Shown one piece after another: positions 1 to 9,674 of a DNA stretch of 64,000 bases. Position 1 is the first letter of the stretch. Every line of letters begins with the position of its first letter. Position numbers and translations under genes: made by a program. Under the pieces are notes generated by a model. It was not told where the DNA came from and searched no databases. It saw nothing but the letters and a program-made list of their open reading frames with translations. The DNA is from Bdellovibrionota bacterium (GTDB taxonomy: Bacteria; Bdellovibrionota_C; UBA2361; JAAYZI01): NCBI GenBank assembly GCA_050950765.1, contig JBMNIF010000002.1, forward strand, positions 736,001-800,000, read 5' to 3'.

Positions 1-1
1 A

Positions 2-274
2 AAATATAAGCCTCCCTTTATTCATGGTGCTACCTCTATCAGTGTTCCAGGGGTTTTTATTTACCTAGATTCCGGTCAACTTAATGGACTTTTAGAGGGC
101 ATCTCCGGAGCTGCTTGGTATTCGGAGCTACTTTCAAAAAAATATAAGGATAGAGCTGTTGATTCAGCGCAGGTGCTTAATACCTCCTTAGGAATTGCAC
201 ATCTGGTGATAATCTTTTTAATTCTACTCGGCAACGTTGTTGCATTCGTTGAATTGTATAGGAGGCGTCAATGA
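2..274 (+). CDS. 3' end of a conserved hypothetical membrane protein (partial, runs off the window start)
   Basis: Open frame from base 2 (KYKPPFIHGATSISVPGVFIYLDSGQLNGLLEGISGAAWYSELL...IAHLVIIFLILLGNVVAF) ending TGA at 272-274 and overlapping the next ATG (ATGA). Has a C-terminal hydrophobic helix. Not in the ORF track. Confidence 0.8.
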   Translation, partial: KYKPPFIHGATSISVPGVFIYLDSGQLNGLLEGISGAAWYSELLSKKYKDRAVDSAQVLNTSLGIAHLVIIFLILLGNVVAFVELYRRRQ

Positions 275-987
275 TTGCTGTCGATTATTGGAATGTGTTG
301 GTGGTGATAGTGGCAGGTTTTGCCACCTTAGCTATCTTTAGCTTGCTGATTAAAGAAAATCCCGTTTATAGGTTTGTTGAACACCTTTATATCGGTATCG
401 CTGCGGGGTTGGGGATTATTTTAAGTATTAAAACTTTTTTGTGGCGGCAACTATTACAGCCGATGCTGGGGCTTGATATTGTGCAGTATCCTGACGGAAC
501 TTTTTCAAAAGAATATAATTCGTTGTTGCTGTTATATATATTACCGATGCTCTTTGGGCTTCTGTATTACTTTATCTATTCAAAAAAATATTCATGGTTA
601 GCTAAAATAGTAATCGGTTTTTCTCTCGGTATGAGTGGTGGATTGGCGTTCAAAGGCTTTTTTAATAAAATTATGCCGCAAATCAGTAGTAGTTTTAAGC
701 CGCTCGTGGTGCTAAAAGATGGCGCTTTAGATTATTGGCAGAGTTTAGAAAACTGCATCTTCGTTTTTACCCTTTTGATAGTGATGTATTATTTCTTTTT
801 CTCTTTTAAACATCGTAAGTTGGGAAGGGGAGTTTCAATCTCAGGACGGTGGCTTTTAATGATCTGTTTTGGAGCTTTCTTCGGTTCTACGGTAATGGCA
901 CGTTTATCGTTGTTAGTTGAACGTTTGCAATTTTTATTAGGACCGTGGGCTAGTGTTTTAAAAGATGCAGTCGGGGTGTGGTTCTAA
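271..987 (+). CDS. Uncharacterised multi-pass membrane protein (GlmL-like operon)
   Basis: 238 aa with about 6 hydrophobic segments; AGGAGG upstream; translationally coupled to the preceding gene. Confidence 0.85.
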   Translation: MIAVDYWNVLVVIVAGFATLAIFSLLIKENPVYRFVEHLYIGIAAGLGIILSIKTFLWRQLLQPMLGLDIVQYPDGTFSKEYNSLLLLYILPMLFGLLYYFIYSKKYSWLAKIVIGFSLGMSGGLAFKGFFNKIMPQISSSFKPLVVLKDGALDYWQSLENCIFVFTLLIVMYYFFFSFKHRKLGRGVSISGRWLLMICFGAFFGSTVMARLSLLVERLQFLLGPWASVLKDAVGVWF

Positions 988-1004
988 AAAATTATTATTA
1001 AAAT

Positions 1005-2861
1005 ATGAAGACTAAAGCCGATGAAATAAAGGTAGTGTTAGTAACTGATTGTGGTTCTACCACTACAAAAGCACTTCTCTTTGAGGATATTGACGGAGTT
1101 TGGCAACAAACTTTTCGTGGTGAAGCTCCTACAACAGTAGAAGACCCCGTAGCGGATGTAACAGTTGGTGCAAGAAATGCTTTTAAGGAGATCGAAGAAT
1201 TAAGTGGTAGAAAAATTTTATCTGAGACTTCTTCTGATTCTCCTTTCCTTGAAAATAACGGTTATGGTGATGGCATAGACCTCTATCTTTCGACTAGCTC
1301 TGCTGGTGGGGGCTTGCAAATGATAGTGGCAGGTGTCGTGCAATACATGACGACAGAATCTGCAGAGAGGGCGGCTTTAGGTGCAGGCGCTATCGTGATG
1401 GATACTATATCGGCAGATGACGGACGTGAAGATCATGAAAAGATAGAGAAGATTCGTCATTTACGTCCTGATATTGTGCTTCTAACAGGTGGAGTTGATT
1501 CAGGATCAAAGGTACACGTTATTGAAACTGCTGAAATATTGAGAGCGGCACAGCCGCGCCCCCGTTTTGGAAAAACTTTAAAACTTCCCGTTATTTTTGC
1601 AGGTAATAAAGATGCAGCAGTAGAGGTTAAAGAGATCTTAGCTCAGATTGCCGATGTTTCATGCGTAGAAAATGTGCGTCCGACTTTGGAAATGGAGAAC
1701 TTAGCTCCTGCTCGCGCTGCTATTCATGAATATTTTTTATCGCATGTAATGAGTCATTCTCCAGGCTATGACAAATTATTGCGCTGGACTCCCGTTCCGA
1801 TTATGCCGACCCCTGCTGCAGTCGGAAATATGATTCAGAGCTACGCAGAAAGTGAAGACTTACAGGTGCTGTGCGTTGATATCGGTGGTGCTACAACTGA
1901 TGTTTTTAGCGTTTTTAAAGATCTAAGTGGTGTGCCTGTTTTTAATCGTACCGTTTCTGCCAATTTAGGGATGAGTTATTCGATAGCAAATGTTTTGATC
2001 GAGGCTGGCGGAAAAAATATCGGGCGGTGGTTGTGTTCTGAGGTGAGTGAAACAGAGATTCACGATCGTCTAAGAAATAAGATGATTCGTCCGACCACTA
2101 TTCCTCAAACGTTGGAGGATCTGTGGTTGGAGCAGGCAGTTTGTAGGGAAGCGTTACGACTTTCTTTGCGACATCATAGGTCTCTAGCAGTGGGGTTAAG
2201 TGGTTTAAAAAAACAGAAGGGGATCGCAGATATCTTTTTGCAACATGAAAACCGTTATGAATTAGTGAATATGATGAAGCTGGATCTGATAATAGGTTCA
2301 GGCGGAGTCTTAAGCCATGCTCCGAATCGGATGGAAGCTGCTCTGATGTTGCTGGATGGCTTTAAGCCGGAAGGGCTGACGGAGATAGCGGTTGATTCCA
2401 TCTTTATGATGCCGCATCTGGGAGTGTTTGCTACGTTACATCCGCAAGCAGCGCGAGAGATCTTTGTAAATAATTGTTTAGTGCGGATCTGTCATGCGGT
2501 TGTGCCGGTTTATTCAGGCAAGAGAGTAAAGGGTAGTTCTTTAGCACGAATTTTTTGGAACTCCGAGCCGGTAGCTGAAGTAAAAGTTGGAGAGGTGACG
2601 TGCCTTACTATGAATCAAGAAAAAGGGGTATTGCGGATTGAGCCTTTTGATAGGCGTGTTGATGTAGGAAGTGGTACGGGAAAAATTTTAGAAAGAGAGA
2701 TTACACTTAATCCTCATGGATTACTTCTTGATGGTAGAAATCGTCCGTTAATAATGCCTGAAGATCCTGCGGAAGCGTTAAGATTTGAGCAAGATATCTA
2801 CCGAAATCTCGGACTTCTTAAAGGGGATCTTCCTGAAGAATTAGTAACAGAGGAGGTTTGA
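1005..2861 (+). CDS. GlmL/MutL (glutamate mutase L)-family ASKHA-fold ATPase with C-terminal extension
   Basis: Phosphate-1 motif TDCGSTTTKA, STSSAGGGL, phosphate-2 motif VDIGGATTDVFS, RTVSANLGMSYS and IGSGGVLSHAP match the GlmL reactivase-like family. Confidence 0.85.
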   Translation: MKTKADEIKVVLVTDCGSTTTKALLFEDIDGVWQQTFRGEAPTTVEDPVADVTVGARNAFKEIEELSGRKILSETSSDSPFLENNGYGDGIDLYLSTSSAGGGLQMIVAGVVQYMTTESAERAALGAGAIVMDTISADDGREDHEKIEKIRHLRPDIVLLTGGVDSGSKVHVIETAEILRAAQPRPRFGKTLKLPVIFAGNKDAAVEVKEILAQIADVSCVENVRPTLEMENLAPARAAIHEYFLSHVMSHSPGYDKLLRWTPVPIMPTPAAVGNMIQSYAESEDLQVLCVDIGGATTDVFSVFKDLSGVPVFNRTVSANLGMSYSIANVLIEAGGKNIGRWLCSEVSETEIHDRLRNKMIRPTTIPQTLEDLWLEQAVCREALRLSLRHHRSLAVGLSGLKKQKGIADIFLQHENRYELVNMMKLDLIIGSGGVLSHAPNRMEAALMLLDGFKPEGLTEIAVDSIFMMPHLGVFATLHPQAAREIFVNNCLVRICHAVVPVYSGKRVKGSSLARIFWNSEPVAEVKVGEVTCLTMNQEKGVLRIEPFDRRVDVGSGTGKILEREITLNPHGLLLDGRNRPLIMPEDPAEALRFEQDIYRNLGLLKGDLPEELVTEEV

Positions 2862-2862
2862 A

Positions 2863-3987
2863 ATGACACGAGCGTTTGCTCCTGGTTTGCAGATAAAGAG
2901 AAAAACAGTTGTCAGACGGTTGCGTGAATTGCCTGTAACGGGCGAGGTCTTGGTTGAAGTAGGACAATATGTAGAAGCAGATCAAGTTGTGGCACGTGCT
3001 TCTTTAGAAGGTGAGCTTTTTATTTTTAGAATTGCTGAACAACTTGGCATTGAAACGTTTGAAGTTGTTAATGGTCTTAAGGTTGCAGAAGGTGAAAAGA
3101 TTAAGAAGGGACAACTTATCTGTGAACATCGAGGACTTTTCGGATTGTTTAACAGTAGATACTTTGCACCAGAAGATGGTGTTGTAGAGTTTATCTCTAA
3201 GCGGACTGGACATCTCGGTGTGCGTGCGCCTAGCGAGATGTTGGATATTGAGGCGTATATTTCAGGGAGTGTGGTGGAGGTAGATGTAGGAAAATCTGTT
3301 TTGATAGAAACAGAAGCCTCCTTTATTCAAGGTATTTTCGGAGTTGGTGGAGAAAGACGGGGTGTTCTGAAATGTTTGTCCGTTCCGTTAGATCATGAAT
3401 TAACAGATCTTGATATTCCTGATGATTGCGCAGGAAGTGTGCTTGTTGGTGGCACCAAACCGCAGATCTCAGCCATTACTAAAGCAGCAGAACTTGGAGC
3501 TTGTGGTATCGTTACAGGCTCTATCGATGATCAAACTTTAAAAGCTTATTTAGGATACGATCTCGGCATTGCATTAACGGGAGATGAGCAGGTTCCTTTA
3601 ACGTTAATAGTAACGGAAGGTTTTGGTTTTATTCCGTTAGCTAAGCGCATTATGGAGATGTGCCGAGAGTTAGAAGGTAGTGCTGTTTCAATAAACGGAG
3701 CAACACAGGTTCGGGCGGGTGCTATGCGACCGGAGATAATTATACCGCGTGCAGGTAATGTTTGTAATTTTGAAGATCTTGATAGTCAGGATCTGGAGAA
3801 GGGGCTTACAGAGGGGGCGCGGGTGCGTTTGTTGCGAGTACCGTATTTTGGAAAACTTGCCACAGTTTTGGAGTTGCCGCAACAGAAGGAGAGGATTGAA
3901 ACGGGTGCTTATGCCCGTGTTTTAAGGGTAAAGATCGACCACGCTAGTGTGGTGACGATACCGCGAGCTAATGTAGAGTTGCTTTAG
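2863..3987 (+). CDS. Conserved hypothetical protein with barrel-sandwich-hybrid-like repeats and a C-terminal KOW-like domain
   Basis: GEVLVEVGQYV and KVAEGEKIKKGQLI motifs; C-terminal GARVRLLRVPYFGKLATV...IPRANVELL; starts 1 nt after the GlmL-like stop with GAGGAGG upstream. Confidence 0.8.
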   Translation: MTRAFAPGLQIKRKTVVRRLRELPVTGEVLVEVGQYVEADQVVARASLEGELFIFRIAEQLGIETFEVVNGLKVAEGEKIKKGQLICEHRGLFGLFNSRYFAPEDGVVEFISKRTGHLGVRAPSEMLDIEAYISGSVVEVDVGKSVLIETEASFIQGIFGVGGERRGVLKCLSVPLDHELTDLDIPDDCAGSVLVGGTKPQISAITKAAELGACGIVTGSIDDQTLKAYLGYDLGIALTGDEQVPLTLIVTEGFGFIPLAKRIMEMCRELEGSAVSINGATQVRAGAMRPEIIIPRAGNVCNFEDLDSQDLEKGLTEGARVRLLRVPYFGKLATVLELPQQKERIETGAYARVLRVKIDHASVVTIPRANVELL

Positions 3988-4127
3988 TTTTTTAGTGTGC
4001 ACCTGCATATTTTTCTGAATGAATGGTGAATTGTGCAAGTAGTCGTTCTCAAGGCGATCGACTATTAACAAATATCTTTTTTCATGGTAGAGATACTTTA
4101 AAATATTACTTATTTTATGAGGGAATA

Positions 4128-5153
4128 ATGAATTTAACGGACTCAAAATACAATCAGTTTAATTTAGTCAAAGAGATGTTGGAAGTTTGTGATATTATTG
4201 CAAACTTTAATTTTGAACAAACTGCACAAGTTGCGGCTGAAATAGCAAGTGTTGGTAAACTTATCTTGACAGGGGAGGGGTCGAGTCGCATTTTTCCTGC
4301 AAAAAGTGCGATTTATAAAGCATTAAAAAAAGCTCTTGATGTTACCATCATAACGGACGGCAGCTATCAAGCTATGGAGTATGATTTAAGTAAGTACGTT
4401 GTCTTTGGTGCTAGTAATAGTGGTCAAACAAAAGAATTGATCACCCTCTTTTCTGCTTTAGTGGAGAAAGGGCACAACAGACGTTATGGTTTGACTTCAC
4501 ATCACGATTCAAAGTTGGAAACTGTTTCAAATAAGTGCTTTGTGCTCTCTTGCGGATCTGAAAATGCGGTTGCTGCAACAAAGAGTGTCTTTGAACAAGC
4601 TCTTTTCTATCACAGTTTGCTTTTTAGTGGCTCTCATTGTGATGCAAAGTGTAATAATATGCTTAAAAATAGAGAAGCAGCAGTGGCTGCTGCTAGAGCT
4701 GTTTTGACGATGCAGATAGATCCTGAAATTATTTCTGCTTTGGCTGAAGCTCCGATGGTATATTTTGCAGGTAGGAATGATGGTGTTGCTGAAGAGCTCA
4801 CCCTTAAAAATAATGAAATAACCCGTAAAAAGAGTGATTTTCTTGAAGGAACCTATGCGCTGCACGGCGTAGAAGAGGTTATGCGTAAGGGAGAGGCTGT
4901 AATCTTTGTTAATCCGTTTCCGACAGAGTATCAGAAGATGAAAGAGATCTTTGAAGATGCAGTGGGGGCTAAGGTTATTGTAATCTCTACTGAAGATACG
5001 CCATTTGCAACAATTAAAATTCCTCAAGTGGAAGGGTATCAACACTTCTTACAACTTTTAGCTGGATGGAATATCTTGGTTGATGTTGGTGTAGCAACAG
5101 ATATCAACTTGGATAAACCACAACGTGCCAGAAAGGTTGGTAATGCTATGTAA
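4128..5153 (+). CDS. SIS-domain sugar-phosphate isomerase/deaminase (GlmS C-terminal-like, no glutaminase domain)
   Basis: LTGEGSSRIF, ASNSGQTKE, AVAATKS, EGTYALHG and C-terminal LDKPQRARKV motifs. Start moved from 4023 to ATG 4128, which follows GAGGGA. Confidence 0.85.
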   Translation: MNLTDSKYNQFNLVKEMLEVCDIIANFNFEQTAQVAAEIASVGKLILTGEGSSRIFPAKSAIYKALKKALDVTIITDGSYQAMEYDLSKYVVFGASNSGQTKELITLFSALVEKGHNRRYGLTSHHDSKLETVSNKCFVLSCGSENAVAATKSVFEQALFYHSLLFSGSHCDAKCNNMLKNREAAVAAARAVLTMQIDPEIISALAEAPMVYFAGRNDGVAEELTLKNNEITRKKSDFLEGTYALHGVEEVMRKGEAVIFVNPFPTEYQKMKEIFEDAVGAKVIVISTEDTPFATIKIPQVEGYQHFLQLLAGWNILVDVGVATDINLDKPQRARKVGNAM

Positions 5154-5186
5154 ATGTTGTGCAATTACCGTTTAGTGGTTGTTTTT

Positions 5187-5217
5187 AGCGGTGTTTTTTC
5201 AGCACCGCTCTTGTTTT
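5187..5217 (+). terminator. Probable intrinsic terminator
   Basis: AGCGGTGTT-loop-AGCACCGCT stem followed by CTTGTTTT, about 35 nt after the SIS gene stop. Confidence 0.6.
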
Positions 5218-5485
5218 AAGTAAAAGTTATTAAAATTTGCTAGGGATCGTTTTTAGGTTTAAAATACCTCTGTTCTCGTAATAGCTTCATTTTAGTCCGT
5301 TCTTTTTTAGTAGAGGTGGTTGGTAGTCAAGAAAAAAAGTTTGTTTCTTCTTAAAAGTAAAGTTATCTCTTTTTAGTAGAGATTGAAAAACTTTTGAGAA
5401 GGAACAGCTGTGTAACGGTTGTTTCTTGTTTTAACGGTTTCTTTACAGAGAGAATAAAACATACAAAACGAAAGAGAGGCTTATT

Positions 5486-6301
5486 ATGGCGATCTATCGT
5501 AAGAGATCTTCCGACGGTACTGTTCTTCGAACGTCGCAGATCTCAAAATTTTTCCCTAACTGGCAAGGGGAAGAAGAGGCTTGGCTTTTCATTGCTCCAC
5601 ATGACGATGATATCGTTCTTGGAGCAGGAAAAACTTTGTTGGCGGCTCTTGAAGAAGGAGTCGATGTTCACTGCGCTATTACAACTGATGGCGCAATGGG
5701 GTATTGCTCTCTGGAGGTGCGGGATACCATTTCCGAAGTTCGTGAAAAAGAGTGCTTTAACTCTTTTAGGGAGCTGGGGGTGGAAGATAAAAATATCTAT
5801 TTCCTGCACTTCCCAGATTGCAACTTGGTTCCGTTTCAAGGACGTTTCCGTGACGTAACAGGACACCCTTCCGAGATTGCGGGAGCAGGAGGTTTGCAGA
5901 ACGCTTATACGCATCTTCTGCGAAAAGTGCGACCGACCCGTGTTTTTATCCCGACGAGTACGGATTTACACCCTGATCATAGGATCGTAAACAGTGAGGT
6001 GCAGATCTCTCTCTTCCATGCAGAAGGTGGTATCTGGCCGGAGCTTGGAGCTGCTACAAACGTTCCGTCTCTTTATGAATACGCTACCTATTGCGACTTT
6101 CCAGAGGCTCCGCAATTGTGTATCGAGATTCCCGCCGAGATTTTGGAGAAGAAGTGGCGTGCTTTACGGTGTTATGAGAGTCAAACTCAGATTGAAAGTC
6201 TGATTGAATCTCAGAAGCAAAGTGGCTCTCTTGAATATATTCGAGAGGTGCCTTTTAACCTCTATTCGCCGCAACAATACGCTCCCCTGTTTAAGTCATA
6301 A
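5486..6301 (+). CDS. PIG-L/LmbE family N-deacetylase
   Basis: APHDDD, TDGAMG, VREKE, DLHPDH and YESQ motifs. Confidence 0.9.
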   Translation: MAIYRKRSSDGTVLRTSQISKFFPNWQGEEEAWLFIAPHDDDIVLGAGKTLLAALEEGVDVHCAITTDGAMGYCSLEVRDTISEVREKECFNSFRELGVEDKNIYFLHFPDCNLVPFQGRFRDVTGHPSEIAGAGGLQNAYTHLLRKVRPTRVFIPTSTDLHPDHRIVNSEVQISLFHAEGGIWPELGAATNVPSLYEYATYCDFPEAPQLCIEIPAEILEKKWRALRCYESQTQIESLIESQKQSGSLEYIREVPFNLYSPQQYAPLFKS

Positions 6302-6333
6302 CGTTACAGCTATGGCAAATACTGTTTTTTTAA

Positions 6334-6373
6334 AAGTAGGGGCTTATAGTTTTTTAATTATAAGCCCCTGCTT
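6334..6373. terminator. Long inverted repeat, probable terminator
   Basis: AAGTAGGGGCTTATA ... TATAAGCCCCTGCTT stem downstream of the PIG-L gene. Confidence 0.6.
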
Positions 6374-6504
6374 AGACACGGCTTTTCCTTTTTCCATTTC
6401 GCGTTGCCTAAACTTCCTTTATTGAGGTTCATTTCCCTGTTGTGATTTTTTCCTGTTTCAGTAAGATCTGTATGTATCAAAAAATCGGGAAATAAGGATT
6501 AAAT

Positions 6505-7305
6505 ATGAATAAGGTAAATACTGTCACAGAGCATAAAAGAGGCTTTTTAATTGATATGGATGGGGTAATTTATCGTGGATCGACGATGATTCCAGGTGCA
6601 GATGTCTTTATTAATACCTTAAAGGAAAAAAATATCCCCTTTCTCTTTTTAACTAATAACAGTCGTTCGACCAGAAGAGATCTAGCAAATCGCTTAAATG
6701 AGTTGGGTATTAAGGTTTCAGAGCAACATATCTTTACTAGTGCTATGGCCACAGCGCAGTTTCTTGCAAAACAGAAGCCGAACGGAACAGCATATTTAAT
6801 CGGAGAAGGTGGTTTAATTTTAGCTCTACATGAAAACGGTTACAGCATCGTTGATAGAAATCCGGATTACGTGGTGGTAGGCGAGGGCAGAACTTTAACT
6901 TTAGAGATAGTAGAGAAGGCGATAGATTTTATTATCGACGGATCAAAGTTAATTGCTACCAATATGGATCCAGCACCACAGTCAAAGGGTTGGATGAAGC
7001 CTGGTGTCGGAGCTATTACGGCGATGCTTGAGGAAGCAACGCATAAGAAGGCGTTTTGTGTCGGAAAGCCAAGCCCGATTATGTTACGAGCGGCAAGAAA
7101 GAGGTTAGGGTTGCAGACTGCTGAAACAGTAATGATTGGTGACACCATGTCTACTGATATTTTAGGTGGTGTCCAGATGGGGTGCACAACGGTGCTGGTC
7201 TTAAGTGGTATTACTTCACGTGCTGATATGGCGAACTATGCTTATAGACCTGATATCGTCGTTGACTCCATCGCCGATCCGGAAATTATGGCTATGGTTG
7301 AGTAG
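6505..7305 (+). CDS. nagD: HAD-IIA family phosphatase, NagD-like
   Basis: DMDGVIY, LTNNS, GKPSP, IGDTMSTDILGG and VLSGIT motifs. Confidence 0.85.
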   Translation: MNKVNTVTEHKRGFLIDMDGVIYRGSTMIPGADVFINTLKEKNIPFLFLTNNSRSTRRDLANRLNELGIKVSEQHIFTSAMATAQFLAKQKPNGTAYLIGEGGLILALHENGYSIVDRNPDYVVVGEGRTLTLEIVEKAIDFIIDGSKLIATNMDPAPQSKGWMKPGVGAITAMLEEATHKKAFCVGKPSPIMLRAARKRLGLQTAETVMIGDTMSTDILGGVQMGCTTVLVLSGITSRADMANYAYRPDIVVDSIADPEIMAMVE

Positions 7306-7315
7306 TAATCTTGAT

Positions 7316-9400
7316 TCAGCGGAGCATCTTTGCTGCGAGAGTTCTAAAGTGAGCGACTGTTTCCTCTGTATCTTCAAATTCAGACTTTACCTTTGCTATT
7401 AAGGAAAAAGCATGAGCTAGATTTTCGCCATTACCATTAAAAGGATTTTTTTCCGTGAGCCCTGTTTTAACAAAATCAGCTTGCTTATTTTCATCGTTAG
7501 GGACTCCAAGTAGAAGAGCGATATTAAAACCGCAACAATATGCTTCGTTAAGAAGCTCCTCTTTTTGGGTAGTATCTTCTTTGTCAATCTCTTGTGTAGC
7601 TTTTGTATATAATAACTCTCCAAGGTTATATAAACATCTTCTATAATCAGTGGTTACTTTTGTATGTTTAACCATACCAGGAAGGCGCTCTGGAAATTGG
7701 TTATCTATGGTTCGTGTGGTGTCTGTTCCGAAAGTGTTGTGTAACACCGTGCGTAAAATTCCAATAGCAAGATTGTGTTGTCTTCTAGCTTCTTCTTCAG
7801 GATTTTCAAGAGGCAGTTTTTTCCCTCCTTTGCTGTTTCTGTATGTATCCAAAAGTTCCGGAGTTGTCTTTAAACAGGTAGTAGTTAGATCTAAGATCGT
7901 TTTCAGATCATTTTTATTGCAGTAATAAGCACATTCTAAATATTTTTGAGCCAGCAATTTATCCTTGGATACTAAGCCTATCCAACGAAAAGCTTTCGAG
8001 ACGAATGCTCCAAGATTTTTCGGTACCTTTTGGGCGAATTCCTCAGGTGTGCTTGTTATAAGTTGTTTGTAACTCTTAAAGCCTACACTTTCTAGGATTT
8101 TCCAAGCAGAAGCATTGGCTTGTTTAAAATATTCCCTTTTTTTTGGATCGGTCTCCTCGGCATTACGATACGCCTCTCCGAAACCGATCAGGTTTTTAAA
8201 TTCATTTTGCAACTCCTCTTCCAGTTTTTGCATTCTAAATATTTTGATCCGGTTTGCAAGGTCGTTAAAGAAAACGGCAGTTTCTTCTGTGTCTTTAAAT
8301 ACAGACCTTATTTCTGCTATTAAGGAAAGAGCGTAAGCAAGATGCTTGCTTTTACCATTAAAAGGGTTTTCTTTTCCTAGTTCTTCCGTAATGAAATCAT
8401 TTAGTTTGCTAGAGTCGTTAGGAGCTCCAAGTAGAAGAGCAGTATTAACACCGCAGCAATATGCTTCATCAAGGAGAGACCTTCTTATTTCCAAGTAGTC
8501 TTGTTGAATTTCTTTTTGTGCTTTGTTAAGTAATAATTTTCCAAGATTGTTTAAACATTGTCTACAATACGCGTTTATTTTCATATCACCAAATATGTCT
8601 GGATCTATCTTTTCTATATCTGAAAATTGTTTATCTATGGTTTGTGTGGTGTCTATTTTGAAGGTATCGTTCAATGTTGTGCGTAAAATGTTAATAGCAA
8701 GTCTATGTTGCCTCCTGATTTCCTCTCCAATATCTCTAACATTTTTAAAACGTGGGTCTGTTTTGCCACGTTTTTTATATTCATCAAATTGATTTTTTGT
8801 TGTATTTGCATAGAGATCAGTTAGATTTAAGATCGTTTTTAAGTCATTTTTATTACAATAATAAGCGCATTCTAAAAATCTTGCAGCGTCCAGATAATAG
8901 TGTTGCCCCTGTGAGTTCTTGTAGGATAAGCCTATCCGATAGAAAGCTTCTGCAGCGAACTTCTTAAAATCATCCGGTATCTTTCTAGCGATTTTTTGAG
9001 GTCTGCTTTTTTTAATCTGTTGATAGTTTTTTATATCTAAAATCCTCAAAATTTTCCAAGCACAATCACTAGCTTGTTTAAAGCTTTTCTCCTTCATGAA
9101 ACTTGCCATGCGGGCAGATTCCTTTTTTAACTTCTTCAGTATCTGCTCTCTTGATTTTTTAGTAAGTTTTTCTTGTGACTTTTGTTGTTTTAGATCGTCT
9201 AGAATTCCTCGTAGTGGAGCAGCAGGAGCAGAAGATCCTTGTGATGTAGCAGAGCCAGAAGTAAAAAATGGTGTGTCTAAGTTTGAATCTCTTTTTGCGC
9301 TTGGATCTCTGTTTGTTTTTGGGGCAGTGGAAGAGTCGTTTTGCGGTGTTGCTCCTTTTGCGCTCGGATTTGTACCTTTTTCTAAGCTTTCGTACGTCAT
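7316..9400 (-). CDS. Hypothetical helical protein made of two ~280-aa homologous halves
   Basis: 694-aa ORF in which LECAYYCNKNDLKTIL, RRQHxLAIxILRT, EAYCCG and NPFNG each occur twice. Near-consensus promoter directly upstream. Confidence 0.8.
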   Translation of the reverse strand: MTYESLEKGTNPSAKGATPQNDSSTAPKTNRDPSAKRDSNLDTPFFTSGSATSQGSSAPAAPLRGILDDLKQQKSQEKLTKKSREQILKKLKKESARMASFMKEKSFKQASDCAWKILRILDIKNYQQIKKSRPQKIARKIPDDFKKFAAEAFYRIGLSYKNSQGQHYYLDAARFLECAYYCNKNDLKTILNLTDLYANTTKNQFDEYKKRGKTDPRFKNVRDIGEEIRRQHRLAINILRTTLNDTFKIDTTQTIDKQFSDIEKIDPDIFGDMKINAYCRQCLNNLGKLLLNKAQKEIQQDYLEIRRSLLDEAYCCGVNTALLLGAPNDSSKLNDFITEELGKENPFNGKSKHLAYALSLIAEIRSVFKDTEETAVFFNDLANRIKIFRMQKLEEELQNEFKNLIGFGEAYRNAEETDPKKREYFKQANASAWKILESVGFKSYKQLITSTPEEFAQKVPKNLGAFVSKAFRWIGLVSKDKLLAQKYLECAYYCNKNDLKTILDLTTTCLKTTPELLDTYRNSKGGKKLPLENPEEEARRQHNLAIGILRTVLHNTFGTDTTRTIDNQFPERLPGMVKHTKVTTDYRRCLYNLGELLYTKATQEIDKEDTTQKEELLNEAYCCGFNIALLLGVPNDENKQADFVKTGLTEKNPFNGNGENLAHAFSLIAKVKSEFEDTEETVAHFRTLAAKMLR

Positions 9401-9408
9401 GGCGCATA

Positions 9409-9437
9409 ATTATATCTCTGCTTTAATCCTTAATCAA
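9409..9437 (-). promoter_or_regulatory. sigma70-type promoter TTGATT-N17-TATAAT, probably giving a leaderless mRNA
   Basis: Read on the minus strand; the -10 box ends 8 nt before ATG 9400 and there is no Shine-Dalgarno. Confidence 0.6.
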
Positions 9438-9439
9438 AA

Positions 9440-9468
9440 CTTGTAAACATCCCTACCCTCTCCCATAT
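9440..9468 (+). promoter_or_regulatory. Possible RpoH (sigma32)-type promoter CTTGTA-N15-TCCCATAT
   Basis: Resembles the CTTGAA-N13-15-CCCCAT consensus and points toward the methyltransferase at 9675. Confidence 0.35.
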
Positions 9469-9674
9469 AGATAGTTTCTTTAAAGAACCAATATACCTTA
9501 AAACTTCAAAAAACTGGGGGGCAGGAAAACTTCTACAAGATATCTCCGTAATGTTTTAGCGTGGTTAGATTGCCGACCGTATTTTATGGTATAAGGGCGA
9601 AGCTTTCTTGTGTGTAATTTATGTGTAGAGACGCAAGTCTAGTTATTTTTAGAGATTAGTGGTGTGTAAAAGGT

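Noticed and set aside
1005..2861. DNA mismatch repair MutL
   Set aside because: Name overlap only; the motifs are ASKHA/GlmL type, not the GHKL ATPase type.
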